DNA of 60,310 nucleotides, filler included, from Sphacelaria rigidula (taxonomy: Eukaryota): NCBI GenBank assembly GCA_964200075.2. It is 3 parts of 3 records of this genome, joined end to end, with 100 filler letters (N's around TTAATTAATTAA, not from the genome) between each part and the next. Parts side by side here need not be neighbours in the genome. Positions count along the whole stretch, not along the records: positions 1 to 20,041 come from CAXNAA020000577.1; positions 20,142 to 40,178 come from CAXNAA020000578.1; 1 more part is not named here. One strand, 5' to 3'. The translations under genes and the position numbers were made by a program. Positions 13,765-26,600 of this stretch are shown here, piece after piece (positions within the stretch are counted from its first letter, which is position 1; the number at the start of each line of letters is the position of its first letter). The notes under the pieces are model-generated. The model searched no databases. It was not told where the DNA came from and worked only from the letters and a program-made list of their open reading frames with translations.

Positions 13765-14226
13765 TGTCCAATCACGAGTGCACACTCTCTGAGATTAAAT
13801 CAACGAGCGGCCCAACCTATATTCTCAATTAATCCAAAGCACAGTGCGCATATCAAGTGGTTTATATACTTAGAGCGAGTCTTAGCAAAATGTGTGCTAA
13901 GACACGAAATTAATACGTATGACGAGGCAGAATAAGGAGCAGGAGGACAGGAGAGGACAGGAGGACGGAGGACAAGCGCAGTGCGCGCGAGGATTCGACG
14001 AGCGTAAAAATGGTCGAATGTTGACGGTTACACCCAGAGTGTAACCGTAGGTATTTCCGTTCGGAGAAAATTATGTTACGCTTCACTGTTCAGCTCAACT
14101 TTCCGCTTCTCACATCGCACATCGCAGACACACGCTGGAGGAAATGAAATACAACCTCGAACGTCGAACGTCTCAGGTGGATAGGCGTGTCATTTTAGTT
14201 TGACTACCATTTTCACTGCAGAGGAC

Positions 14227-17200
14227 ATGCAGTCGTTGCACGAGATCTATGTGGACCTTGTGCGACTGCTTGCTGCAACGGAGAGGCTTCTCTTGACTGG
14301 AGAGCCATCTGCCGAGGATGGGAAATGGGAGCACTGGGCCAGATTTTGTCAGGTGTGTACTGTTGTCTGTACTGTCTGTCATGCGTGATGTAGACTTCCT
14401 GGATATGAAGTATAAGTCGGTGTGTGCGCGTGAGGCCGGCACTGCAACGATGCTGCACGCAGCGCAACTGAGGCAGACTCTTCACTCTACAGAGCAGCCT
14501 TCGCAAGTAATCTGTAGGCGTCGATTGTTTCGTCTTCTGCCTCTGGATGTTCTGGTCCGCCCTCGACAGGTCGCGAACATCTAGAAAGACTCAACGTTTT
14601 AAAAAAGGCACTCGTTATCAGATATGTCTCTCCGCACTTGCCTCCCTCCACCACGCGGGGAATGGTTTGAAAGTCCACCAGGGGTTAGCAATCTCGATAT
14701 TCTCGAGATAAAAGATGATGCACTGATGAAAGTACCGGTAGAGGCACAAATCTCGACGGAAGGGTCGCGCCCGCATAGCTTTTTTTAAAAGCTGGAGCCT
14801 AGAAAACTCTCGTGACAGGGTGTTATCCACCGTAGATTACGGTATTCGGTTTGTTTTGCTGCTGTGCGGTATGCCCCACAACGTGGTGTGCCACCATCTG
14901 CCATACCTGCATGCATCCCCTCCTCAAGGTGGCCTGTGTCATGTGTAGTGAAGATGTTCCTTGCAGCAAAGTGTGCACTTCTACACGCAGTCATTGATGA
15001 GACCAAGTATAGACCGTGCACGTGGATGCAGTGTTGCTTCGGTGATGTGATCACCTTAGTTACCACCCCCTATTCAATCACAGTCGGCTCACGCAGCACA
15101 ACAAGCCACTCTCGACTTTATCTTCTCGATGAGCAGTGCTATCGAAATATTAGCGCGTCGGATCAGTTTTTCTCATTTTTACCCTCCAATTCCGAGCGAA
15201 ATAGATTATGTGGGTTCAGGAGGCGCTGGCGGCGGAGGAAAAGCATCAGGTATCTTCCATGGTCTGGCTCTGTTTTCATAATGGAGGCCGTCTCGAATTC
15301 TGCACTCTCCTATGATCGCGTCTGTACTAATATCATATAATTCGTGATTGCATTCACATGCGCGCGATTTTCCCCCTCCCGCATCACTGATCTGTGAGCT
15401 GTCAATGGCTGTCAATCACTTGGTAAGACGTCTATAAATTTTCCGAACGTTTCAAAGCTTTCGGGCTGTAGTTGAAGCGTAGAGACGACACTCGTCATCC
15501 TTCATTTTGTCAGCGAAAAGGTCAACGATAACTCCGTTTACCACCCCTTTTCAAGGTGATGGCTAAGTGCAGTACAAGACTGGTGGAACGATGAACCAGC
15601 GTTGAAATCGCAGGAACTCTCGTGGGGAAGGGAGTTGATCAGATGACGCTAGAGAATGACTTGTTCGAGAAGCTGGAATGTATGCGCGTGAACTCTCGAA
15701 GGCGTCGCCCATTACAATGCAGGTACTAGGGCCGCTTCTTTCAGCCAGAAAATGGGCTCTCGGAGAAATGCTGTTTGAGCCCTTCATTGCAGATTTTTGC
15801 CGGAATACGGGCCTTGGCGGGTTGGGTCTCCCTTCTCTGAAAGATTTGCTTCACGTTCCAAGAGGATTCTAACGCAAATCCCCCATCTTTTGTGTGCCCA
15901 GTTTTAATTTTGGCCGGATTTCCTATTCTTTCAGCAGCCCCAAAAATCTCTGGGTTCTCGAAATAATAAACCCGGACACTCGAAAATATATGGGGCTGGT
16001 GAAAATATCGAGAACCCGGCCGAAAGCATAACTGGGCGCACATGAGATCGGGGAAGTGCGCTAGAATCCTCTTGAAAAGCAAAGCAAATCTTCAAGAGGA
16101 GGCCCAATCCGCCAAGGCTCGTATTCCGCCAAAAATCTGCGCTGAAGGGCCCAAAAAGGGCATATCTCTTAGAGCCCGTTTTGCGACTATGAGAAGCAGC
16201 CTATAATTATTGTCCTTCCGTGAAACAAACATTAGTAATAATACAGCATATGGGTGGCAGATCCTATAATGGGATTTGCAAACTTGCACTTGTCCTGTCA
16301 AATTTTCTCCGACTCGAACGAGTTCGTGCGGCGAAACTGATTCACTTCGCTTTGCTATATTTGGGTCGGAGCGAATCATGCACGCTTTGAATCGAAAATG
16401 CTAAGCAAAATTCGTGAAGCGGTACTTCTTTACTTGTATTCAATAGACAGTACAGCAGTAGTGGGCGGTCCAAGTATCCAGGGGTGTTTTGGAGTTTTCC
16501 TCGCGTACTACTCTTCGATAGAACTCGAAATTGCTAGTGTCGGTAGATTTTGGTACAATAAACAGATCATCCTAGCAACACAGCGCCCAAAGTCAGTGTT
16601 GGTTGGTGTTATCGGGTGCTAGGAGTAAATACCCCGTTTATCGGAAGGGTGTTATTGACCGTGAAAGACAGTTCCTTGGCACTAGTGCAACGAGTACGTA
16701 GAGTTTCAAGAAAATAAAACTGTAAATTTCTTCACAAATATGATCAGGACAGGCTCAATCGACCGAAAATACCGAAGAGTAAGAATCCAGACTAAAACGT
16801 GGCAGGGCCCCCGATGACCAGTCAGCCCGCAAGTCACTCAATATTGAGTACAGATATTTTGTTTTCTTGGAATGCTGAGCGGTGGCAAGCGAAAACATCC
16901 CAAGAAAATCATCAACCACGAAGATCACAAAATGCCACAAAATGAATAGTTAGGCCGCCCACTACTGTAGTGCATTTAGTGCCTACGCTCGTAATCATTT
17001 TAGTATGGGATATTTCGTGCGTCATATCTCGACATAGGTAACGAATTAGGTGCCTATCGTTTCCCCATGCTCCAGGGAATGTCCACACCAAAAATCGTCA
17101 TCATTCGCAGTATACCTCGTTCGGGGTTTCATATAGACATGAGTATAGACAGTATCTCCGTACGGTAAAGGAATGACTAGACATAAGGTATTATCAGAGA

Positions 17201-18436
17201 GAAAGATTAACCACATTTTTGAGCAGATGGGCGCCTTCCCCTTGGTTGGGCAATTAATACGATATGCGGATCACGGCCCAACTCGTCTGTGCCGATGAGA
17301 TATTGCATTGAGGCCATGTCTTACCAAATTGTTTTGGTGCCGAAAACGTGCGGTCGAATCGAATTCGCTCGTTTCTGATTTGCCCACGCTCTTTATTTTC
17401 TCAGATGGTTGAGAACACGGATGCCGTGAACGTATCAGGTAAGAGCAAATTCGATTCCACCGTACGTTTTCGAGTCGATTTTTTTTTCATGAGACACGGC
17501 CTGAGAGGTCAGACCCATTGGTAGGCTGGACCAGCCTGTAGACAGGCAATACATTTCTCCGCCGCATACAAGCACTACTGTACCCTCAGTTTCCGTTTCC
17601 TTCTTCCCTGCAGGGTATAGATGAAGAATATGATGAACTGGCGGGCAGGTTTACGCTCGATAAAAGTAAGCACAAATATTATGACGTTTAGGACAGCGAT
17701 ATCTGCCTGCTGGATGTACCATGCATGAAATCCATTCTCTTCTACGCTTGCAAAATGTTGCGGGGCAGCAGGGAGTAGCTAGTGACTGGGTATGAATCAC
17801 AGACGATTGGTCGCAAGCCGGTGTCAGGCTTCAAGCGGCAAGAAGCTTCGTGATCGAGTAATTCACCCTTTCCCCTCTAACCCCCCTTCCAAAACAAACC
17901 CATGGCAGTTCCTTAGCACTCTGGGGGAACTACAAGCTAGCCTTCGATCACGCCTTCTGGAAGTCCGCCCCCACGAAACAGCGCCGTCCGCATCCGTAGC
18001 CCCCCCCTCGTCACCGCCTCCTACCCCGGAAGATGTGGCCGGATTTGACCTTCGGATAGAGATCCTGCGTAGAAAACGAGACGATCTTGTAGCCGACAAG
18101 GCGGCAGCAGAATCGGCGGCGGCCGCCGCCGCCACTGCCGCTGCCGCTGCCGCTGCCGCTGCCGCTTCCCGTGAGGAAACAGCGGGAGCAGAGGCACATG
18201 AGCGCGACTGGAAGCCGAAGCCTTCGAGAATCAACAAGGCCGGAGGCGACCGTGGTGAGTTGTGGAGCGGGCGGCGCGGAGACCGGTCGGCCGGAGGTGT
18301 AGCATCGGCGGTGGGCGGTGAGCAGGGTGCGGATGCGGCACAAGCGGAGGAGGTTACTGAAGAGATCGCGTCCATGGCAGGAAGGCTGAAGGAGTCTAGC
18401 ATGGCCATCAACAAGACCCTGCGCAAGCAGACCAGG
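14227..18436 (+). CDS. USE1: USE1-like ER SNARE, partial (exon 1 14227-14352, exon 2 17909-18436; 3' exons not found, probably lost at the gap)
   Basis: Exon 1 MQSLHEIYVDLVRLLAATERLL...WARFCQ ends CAG|GTGTGT; exon 2 starts GGCAG|TTC in phase 0 (FLSTLGELQ...) and ends AGG|GTACGT. The N-terminal 'VDLVRLLA' and the SNARE-motif start 'AEEVTEEIASMAGRLKESSMAINKTLRKQTR' match the USE1 pattern from memory. The C-terminal transmembrane exon is missing. Confidence 0.75.
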
Positions 18437-19194
18437 GTACGTGGGGGTTATTGCGTGATGGGCTGCGGACGGGATCTTGTATCCCGAACGCGATTTTTCC
18501 GAGAAAGTTTCACGTACTAGTTGCGGGTATGCTCAAAAGGTCCACGAGATTTAATATCTGGGTAATTGGCTGACGGAGAGGAAATGGCATTAATCAGGAC
18601 AAGGTATACTATACATTGTCGTGTTTGGCCATTTTAGGGACACAGTGGGTGAGCGGTGAAATAAACAAGATCCGTCGCAGAAAATTCTCAACAGACTCGA
18701 CTGCATTCCAGAGTTTTTTTGCCGAGTGCATGATGAGTTGAACCCAGATTGTTTTCTCCACTCGTCTCAGCAAGTCGTTCCTATCGAATACCTACCGTAT
18801 GCGGCACGGTATATTCAACAAGTAAATACTACAGTATTGGTCTTCGACCATCTTTCATGGCAATCGCAAAACTCGACCTGTACGCAGATCGGGGGAACTC
18901 CAATAGGGAAACGACTATCATGGCTCCCGATTTGGCCCAAATCGGGAAAGCTCAGATTCGAATGTCACGATTTGAGAACGATTTTCCCCGAGTCCGAGCG
19001 CAGATCGGGGGAAAATCGAGGTCCCCCGAATCTTAGGAGGGGGCGTACGTACATTGATGTACGATGATAAGGCGATGCGTTTGATATTTTGCAACCGCAG
19101 CAGCAGACAGTCTCGTGACAGCACAGGCCGTGCCTGCCGGCGCCAGCTGCTGGAGCAGCTTTGCTTGGGCTTTGACAAGTGGATAAGAAGTGTT

Positions 19195-19612
19195 GAAGGG
19201 TGGGTCGAGTAGAGTATACTCAATACTCAGTATTTTTGAAGAGTCATACTTTTAGTACTCGAAGTTTGAATGGAATATTTGAGGTCGTACTCAACCTACT
19301 CAATGATTCGAGTAGAGTATTTGACATCATACTCAAGTCTACTCGAAGCTTGAGTATTGAGGTCATACTCAAGTGATACTCAATATTTATGTAGCGTACT
19401 TGAGGTCGTACTCGATATACTCAAAGTTCGAGTAGAGTATTGGAGGCCGTACCCAACGTACTCGACATTTGAGTAGAGTATTCGAGACCATACTCAACCT
19501 ACTCGAAATTTGAGTTGAGTATTCGAGACCATACTCAACCTACTCAAAAATTGAGTAGAGTATTTGAGGCCGTACTCGACATACTCACAATTTGAGTAGA
19601 ATATTTGAGGCC
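19195..19612. repeat. hAT-MITE-related terminus followed by a ~41-bp minisatellite
   Basis: Begins AAGGGTGGGTCGAGTAGAGTATACTCAA (same family as the 206-bp MITE TIR), then roughly 9 imperfect tandem copies of ACTCGAAATTTGAGTAGAGTATTCGAGACCATACTCAACCT. Confidence 0.75.
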
Positions 19613-20041
19613 GGGTCCGATGTACCGAAAACCTATCCCTTCAACGCCTTCCTTCCTCTGGGAACTGTTGTGATGTTCCCTTGTCTTGCACTCTTTCCAC
19701 CGCTGACTCTCCCATGGAGGAGTCACATATGTGGCCAGTAGAGTCGCTCATTTTGATAACACCTACTCGACTACTCGTCTATTTGATTACTCGATGATGA
19801 TGAGTAGCGCTCGTTACTGCAAGTGATATCCAAGGCGTTGCGAGGTATCGAGTATGAACTGCCGTGGGTGGGGGCTGGTGAGATGGGGCGCTGGGGCAGA
19901 AAGGTTCGTTCACGTGCACGCTTTTTTCTTTTTAGGTCATCATTCGCTCAAACATCTTGTTGGCTGGGATGTAACGCCGCCGATCTAATTGATGGCCATA
20001 GTTCGCCCATGCATTCAACATAGTCTGTGAAGTGACGTCAC

Positions 20042-20141
20042 NNNNNNNNNNNNNNNNNNNNNNNNNNNNNNNNNNNNNNNNNNNNTTAATTAATTAANNN
20101 NNNNNNNNNNNNNNNNNNNNNNNNNNNNNNNNNNNNNNNNN
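20042..20141. other. Artificial contig spacer (assembly gap)
   Basis: Exactly 100 bp: N-run, TTAATTAATTAA (stops in all six frames), N-run. Confidence 0.97.
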
Positions 20142-20640
20142 TGCCAGGTTAAACCCGTTTCTGGGCTGGCCCAGCTCGTACCTCGAAGTCAGGTTCCAAC
20201 TTGGATTGGAAAATGACTTCGAAAATCATTCCCATGAATACAAATACAACACATAAGCAACAAACATACTGACTGTAATCAGTGTGACAGCAACACAGCG
20301 ACCAAGCACAAGTCAGTACGAGTATTGAAGAAATAGGGAAACCCTACCCAGCACGAGTGTCTCGTGCCCCAAAACTCAAGTTTTTAGCACCGCGTTGAAC
20401 TGCAGCGTTTAGTTTGTGTGGTACTGGCTATGCTTTAGCTTGTAGTGTCGACTTTGGTTTGTTTTCTTGACAAGGAATAGTAGTCCGCGTTAGAGAGAGA
20501 GGGAGCGGAGGAGTGCGACTGGCGGCGGCGCGGCGTTTTACACACCCTGTACAAGCGAGCTCGCACGATAAAAAAAGGCTGGCTATTTGGTTATAGGTTT
20601 ATTATAGGGAGAGTCTGTCTTGAAAAAAATATAGGATCCC

Positions 20641-23600
20641 ATGGCAGAAGGAGGCAGCAGCGGCAGCAGCGGCAGCTCCGCCACCACGGGAGGGGCTGCA
20701 GTACAACCCAACCAACACGGGAGAACAACGACAACCACCACAACCACTACCGCCCCGCCACAGCAACAACATCAGTCTCTTAGCAGGCCTTCCTCCCCTC
20801 CCCGCCCCACCGGTTCACCTCCCCCAACACCCCACTCAATCTCAAAGCATCATTCGAGTTCGATGGTGCAATACAGCAGTGGGGCAATTTCATCGCAGGG
20901 GAATACAGCGGCCGCTGGCGTGCCATGGCCACCCGTAGGGCAGCGCCATAGGCGAGCGTCTACTGGGTGGGATTTGCAGAAGGACGCTGGTAGTAGTGGC
21001 GGTGGTGGTAGTGGAGGGCATGCTAGGTGGGAAGGCACACGAAAGGTGGGCGATGGCCGTGGTGTTGCTATTCCTTCGCTTCTTGGGCTTTGAGTTTTTT
21101 TCGACATGAAATTGTACTGTGGTCCTTCAAACCCTAATTCATAATTTTTATTATTGGGGGAGATGAAAAGGAGTACAAGTACTATACAGACAGTCTACAA
21201 CACATTGCAGGTACAGTCAACAGTGCTGTGGTGTTGCCTGAAGAATATCTGATCGTTCGGGACGATCAAAATGAAGCTGAATTGCGTTGATGTCCTCTGA
21301 TATTTTCGGGGGAAGTTCATGTATCCCGCGCCCATTTTGATGCTTCGTAGCTACTCACGTGAGATCGAACCCAAGCAAAAGCGCTTTTTTTGTTACCTTC
21401 GATGCATTTCAAAAATCCTGTCCAGGGAAGAGGTGTAAATTCTAAGGTATCGGCTGATCAGCAGTACTACTGTACTGTATGATCCATACGTTCACCGGAT
21501 AATGAGATACGAATAATGACTCCATGTATTCAGCTGGGCACCCAATGGCGCGGTGCGGTTCTCGTACAGCACTTTCCTGTCGTGAACTGAGTGTAGCACT
21601 GCATGTGCGCACCATGGTATACTCACAAAAGGAAATAAAGATCTATCGCTCCCTGGAGCATTCCGTTGCCGGATCCCCTGAGATGTCGTTCAGCATTTGA
21701 AATTATCGTTCTCAGCTGTCAAATATAATGGCGAGATACTTCACTGTAAATAAGTAAATTTTACACACTTTTACGTGAAAAACCCCGCTGTTGCACGCGA
21801 GCAAGAGCGCTCTCTTCAGTGCCGACACACAACTTCACAGCATGTAATCGACAGCAGACCACAGCACAGTAGTGCAGTCAGTACAGTATGGTTGGCTAGC
21901 GTCCGATGCTGTTTATTGCAACGTCCACCTAGCCTATTAACCCACGTTTGCGAGAACGTCATCATTCCCATAATATCGTTTTCTTCCCTCTCTGGTTCAT
22001 GATACCCGTCCATTCGAGTCGGCAGCGTATATAACCTTCAAGCCTTCGCATGCGCAGGTAAGATGTATTTCACCTATTGTAGTTGCAACTGGGCGTATCT
22101 GCTGACTTGTGATTCCTGACCAGCTCATGACACATGTCGGTTCTAACTTGTGTCCTTTCCATGGGAAACTGGATGCTTGTTAGCGCAGTGCACCTGCCTG
22201 ATCTACGCGGATTTGATTTGTCCGACGTGTGGGGCCGCGGAAGAGATGAATCCCCGACTCTCACCCCCTCGAACAACGAACGCATTTTTCAATTCAACTC
22301 CGAAATGTTGGTACTGTATGTACTTCGCTGCGTTTCAGCCGTCTGTGCCGTTTTCCCTGGGTGCATACTGTACTGTCCGTGTAATCTCCGCGGCGCTTCG
22401 TGGTTCCCCTATTGGCAGGATCCCACTCACATGATGGTGGGTGTGTTTACTTCAACATCCCTTTTTTGCTGAGTTCATGCTCATAAAGTATGATGCGCTG
22501 AACACCACGACAGCCGACACGCACCCGAGTCTTCCATTTAGTACCGCATAGTAGTGCAGTGAGTACATAGTTCAACAGTTCCAGTTGTACAGTGCAGTCC
22601 ACCAACTCGGTTTAGCCTTTGTAACTTGCAGGGCGCAGGATGCATATGACACGATTTCCGCGCAGAAACTTGCAGGACGGTGTCACCATTCCCATACGTG
22701 GATCTGGAAGTGAATTGCATTTGCCACATGCAGTCGCCAGCGATGTATCGCCTGTTCTGGGTTACGCTCTACCCCTCCTTTACTGAGGGAAAATACCGAT
22801 GAAGAAGTACCGTACAAAAGAATCATCGGTGGAAATTCACGCCTGGAGTTTGATGGCATTTCGGGCCTCGGCACACTTGAGTAGGACACACGCAACACGC
22901 AACACACACAATCTCAGCAGCGATATACTGTACTGCTTGCGAATGCTCCAACGCACAACAGACAGCATAGATAACACAGAGTGTTTCGAGGCAAGGCGCC
23001 CGCCCACCATAGACCATTTATTCCGCAGAACAGACACGCAGTGCACCAGTACAACCATCAGCAAAAAAAAGGGATGTCGGGTGTTTTTTTGTACTTGCAG
23101 CACAGCACGCGCAACCAAATATGACGGTGTCAAAGTCACCCGGCCCTACTTTACACGGGGATTTGCCCTTTCGTCCTGCCTGTGCCGTCCAACTATGAAA
23201 GCCGTGGTTGTTGGACCCACCTTAGTGTCGCACGATGTGGTCTGGATGGATTCGATTCGCGGACCCGTCCCTGTTCTCGCAAGCGGGAGCATGGGATGGC
23301 TCTAAATTGCACATCATGTTCATCGGTTGGCCCGCAAAAGTCCCGTCTGCCCCTGGAAAAATTGAGCATGCCACCCACTGCTCTATGCAGACTCTCAACC
23401 GCGTGTTCACAGAAGACCATCAGGTACAAGTACGAAAAAATACTTTTACACTTTCTCCTTATACATGTGGAATATATGTTTTTATTTTGGGCTCTTGAGT
23501 CTTCTTGGATGGCTGGTCGTTTTGGTTGCACATGAAGAGACGGAGACGGAGTGGAATACTGTGGAACCGCCCTCTACACGGAGTCAAGCTCATAATTTTA

Positions 23601-26600
23601 GGACAAACGGATACACTTGGTGGAGGTATCTCAAACTCGGGATTCCACGTATATGTCGCAATTTACTAATTTAGTCAAATATTCAAATGTTCAGCGGGAT
23701 TCTCGAGTTTGAGATATCTCTGGCAAAGCCAACAAACTCGGAGAAAGCTAAAAGCCAGAGCCCACCTATTAATTATTAGCCCCTTTTCAATCACGCCCTC
23801 GATGCACCACTCCCATCGTGCAACATGATTGCCGTGTAAGTAGTCCGTTTGAGTCCATGTCTGCCCTCGCGAAATTTCGCGAGTTCGTTTGGAGACCAAA
23901 ATATTCGCAGTCAAGACCCCAAAACAAACGTCTCAGTCAGCCCTTCGACCGCGTGGGGCAGACGATCTGTTGAATCGGTACCACTTATGTCATTCTTCAG
24001 GTGTAAATGATGCCGATTCGACAGATCGCCTACTCTCGCGGTCAAAGGGTTGATCCCTTCGCCGCGCGGGTAGTCGTCCACCTGAACATGCGTACTTTTT
24101 TCAGGTGAAATTGAAAACCTATTCAACAGGTGACCTATGCTCGCCTTCGGAGGGTTACCAATTGACCGCGAGTGTACCCTATAGGCGATCTGTTGAATCG
24201 GCACCATCCATGTTTTTTTCCAGGTGTAAAATGATTCTCAACAGATCGCCCACCCTCGCGGTCACAGGGTCAAGGGGTCAACATTCACCATGTACTCGTA
24301 CAAGAGTATTGACTGTACTTTGAAGTACTATTGCGGTATTTTTTTTTTGTTCGCGTTGTTTTTACGGGGAGTTCCTGCCTTTTCCATTTTCTATTGTAGT
24401 TCTTCTCCTTGTCTCTTCTTTTCCTTCTTCCAGTTGATTTTGTCTTCACTATTTCCTGTTTTTTATTAGAGTTTACTCTGTTTTCACCACTCTCCTCTTT
24501 CATTTTCAGCGAGCGTCTTGTTTTTTCTTTCAGTGGGTGAGCTTATCTTGTGACCACCATGGGGTACCTCAGAGGTAAGCTAGTGTGCGATAATCGATCA
24601 ATCAATCGAACGATCGAATAATCCGAAGAAGGTTCCTTTTACCCGTCCATGACGGACTCGGTTGGGCGGTATGATGGGTGCCTGTCCAACTTTTCAACGG
24701 AAATGCCGAAATGAAATGCCTGCGCAGGATGGATGGCATCTCCCACGATGAGAGGGGGAGAGACCGTGATTTTTCTTTTGAGCCATTTTGCCGTAAAAAA
24801 AAAATCGAAATCGTGTCGGAGGCAGTGCACTGTTCTCTGCTGCCGTGTGCGCGCATGCTTTGAAACACGTCCTGTGTGGTCAAGGTCGAAAAGTGAGAAC
24901 CTCTGGCTGGTGGCCACCGTCTGCCAACCCGCCCGCGAAGCATTTTTCACACACGGACGAACAAAAAGCGAAGACGCAGTTGAGCACGGGAGCACGGGAG
25001 CACGATCTTATGTTTCATCTTACTTGGAGTTAGTACTCGTACATTGTGAGGGATTCAGATTTTCATCATGACATAGTTCATATTTTCGCAATAGTTCATA
25101 TTTTCGCAATAGTTACGTGCGATGTGATCGTAACGGAGAGGGCCTAAAGTTTAACAGTGGGCGGGTGAGAAAACTCAAGGGTTGCGACAGGAGTCAGCTA
25201 CGACATAATGGCAAAATATTATTTTTAGCCGCTGTCAGGGGGTGTCTTCGGCGTGTTATAGCACATCTTTTTTTCGACAGAAGTGCGGGGAAAAAAAAGA
25301 ACTGATGTATCCACGGCGTTTCTATTTCTAGCTGGCTTCAACTATTTTCAATAACTAGTGGCACGCGGACAGGAGGAAAAATTGCCTATAATAGGCTGAG
25401 CTAAGATTTCTCGACTGATGGTATTCCGGGGTAAGGTACAAAGGGGCACTTGACTCCCATCTTGCAGACCACCACGCCGGATATAAGTAACACCCGGTCA
25501 TAGGACCATGCAAACCCTACACACCTCATTCTCGGCTACCACCGCAACCATGCAGCATAGAGCACAAGTTGAGCACGGAGATGAATGCACTGCAGCAGTT
25601 GGGTACGCCTCGTTTATACTTTTTGGGGGAAAACTTGAGCGTATTTTATGGTAAGGGGTAGGGTGGGCGACCGACTTGAACAAACGCTCACAGACAGTGC
25701 AGGCAAATACAAAATTGCACGTTGTTCAAGTCCTTTTTCACGTCGCGTTCTATGTAGAGAGTATAAATAATCCTGTGCTGTGTGTACTGCGCGTTGCCCG
25801 CTTCTTTTTCGCACCCTACTTTACGGAACACGCAGACGCACTCCAGACACTGTATGCAGACAGCTGTAGAGAAACCAACGAGTACCACTTGACGAATTCC
25901 ACTCTTTTTTCGATCGAAAGCTTGCGAATGCGCGTCGGCACAACTAGCGAAAAACGGATGACCTCGCTCGAATCAAGTCCATCGCACGGCGAACAAGAAA
26001 AAATACTATCTGATGATACCCATCTTTTATGGCATGGGACCCACAGATACGTGCGATAAGTGCGAGTTGCAACATTTTTCAACCAATCAGCCCTTTGATG
26101 TACGAAAATGCGGCCACCTTTCACAGATCAGATGAAAGGAACTAGTTACATGTGGGTCGCAAAATAGCCTTGATTGGCCCACACATTGCGCCGCTGCGAG
26201 ACAAACAGCTGCGCCCAATCTGCACGCACCCGCCTTTCGTGTCTTCCACAATCACAGCACCCGACTCCAACGAAAGTACGAAAGGAGACGCAATGGACAG
26301 CAGCACAGCCATCAAGAGATTTTTTCAACTTTGTATAGACAGCACTTTGATCCCACCCCAATCCTGTACAGGCCAAACATTACACCGTGTTCGTCGTAAA
26401 GTGTTGAAATGCACAACAGCACTTCGGCAGCTACAACATAGAAATGATGTGCGTGAGAAGTGCCTTGTTCGTTTGACGGAAGATGAAACCGCCAACACAT
26501 GAAGTTTTCAACAGCGTGTAGGCAGCACTGCGTGCCGGTTAATATTATTTCTGTTGGGGACGAACGCTATGGCGATAAAACAACACAGGCAGTCCCAGCG

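Noticed and set aside
20086-20097. TTAATTAATTAA palindrome inside N-runs (also 40223-40234)
   Set aside because: Artificial six-frame-stop linker; it also means synteny across the gaps cannot be assumed.
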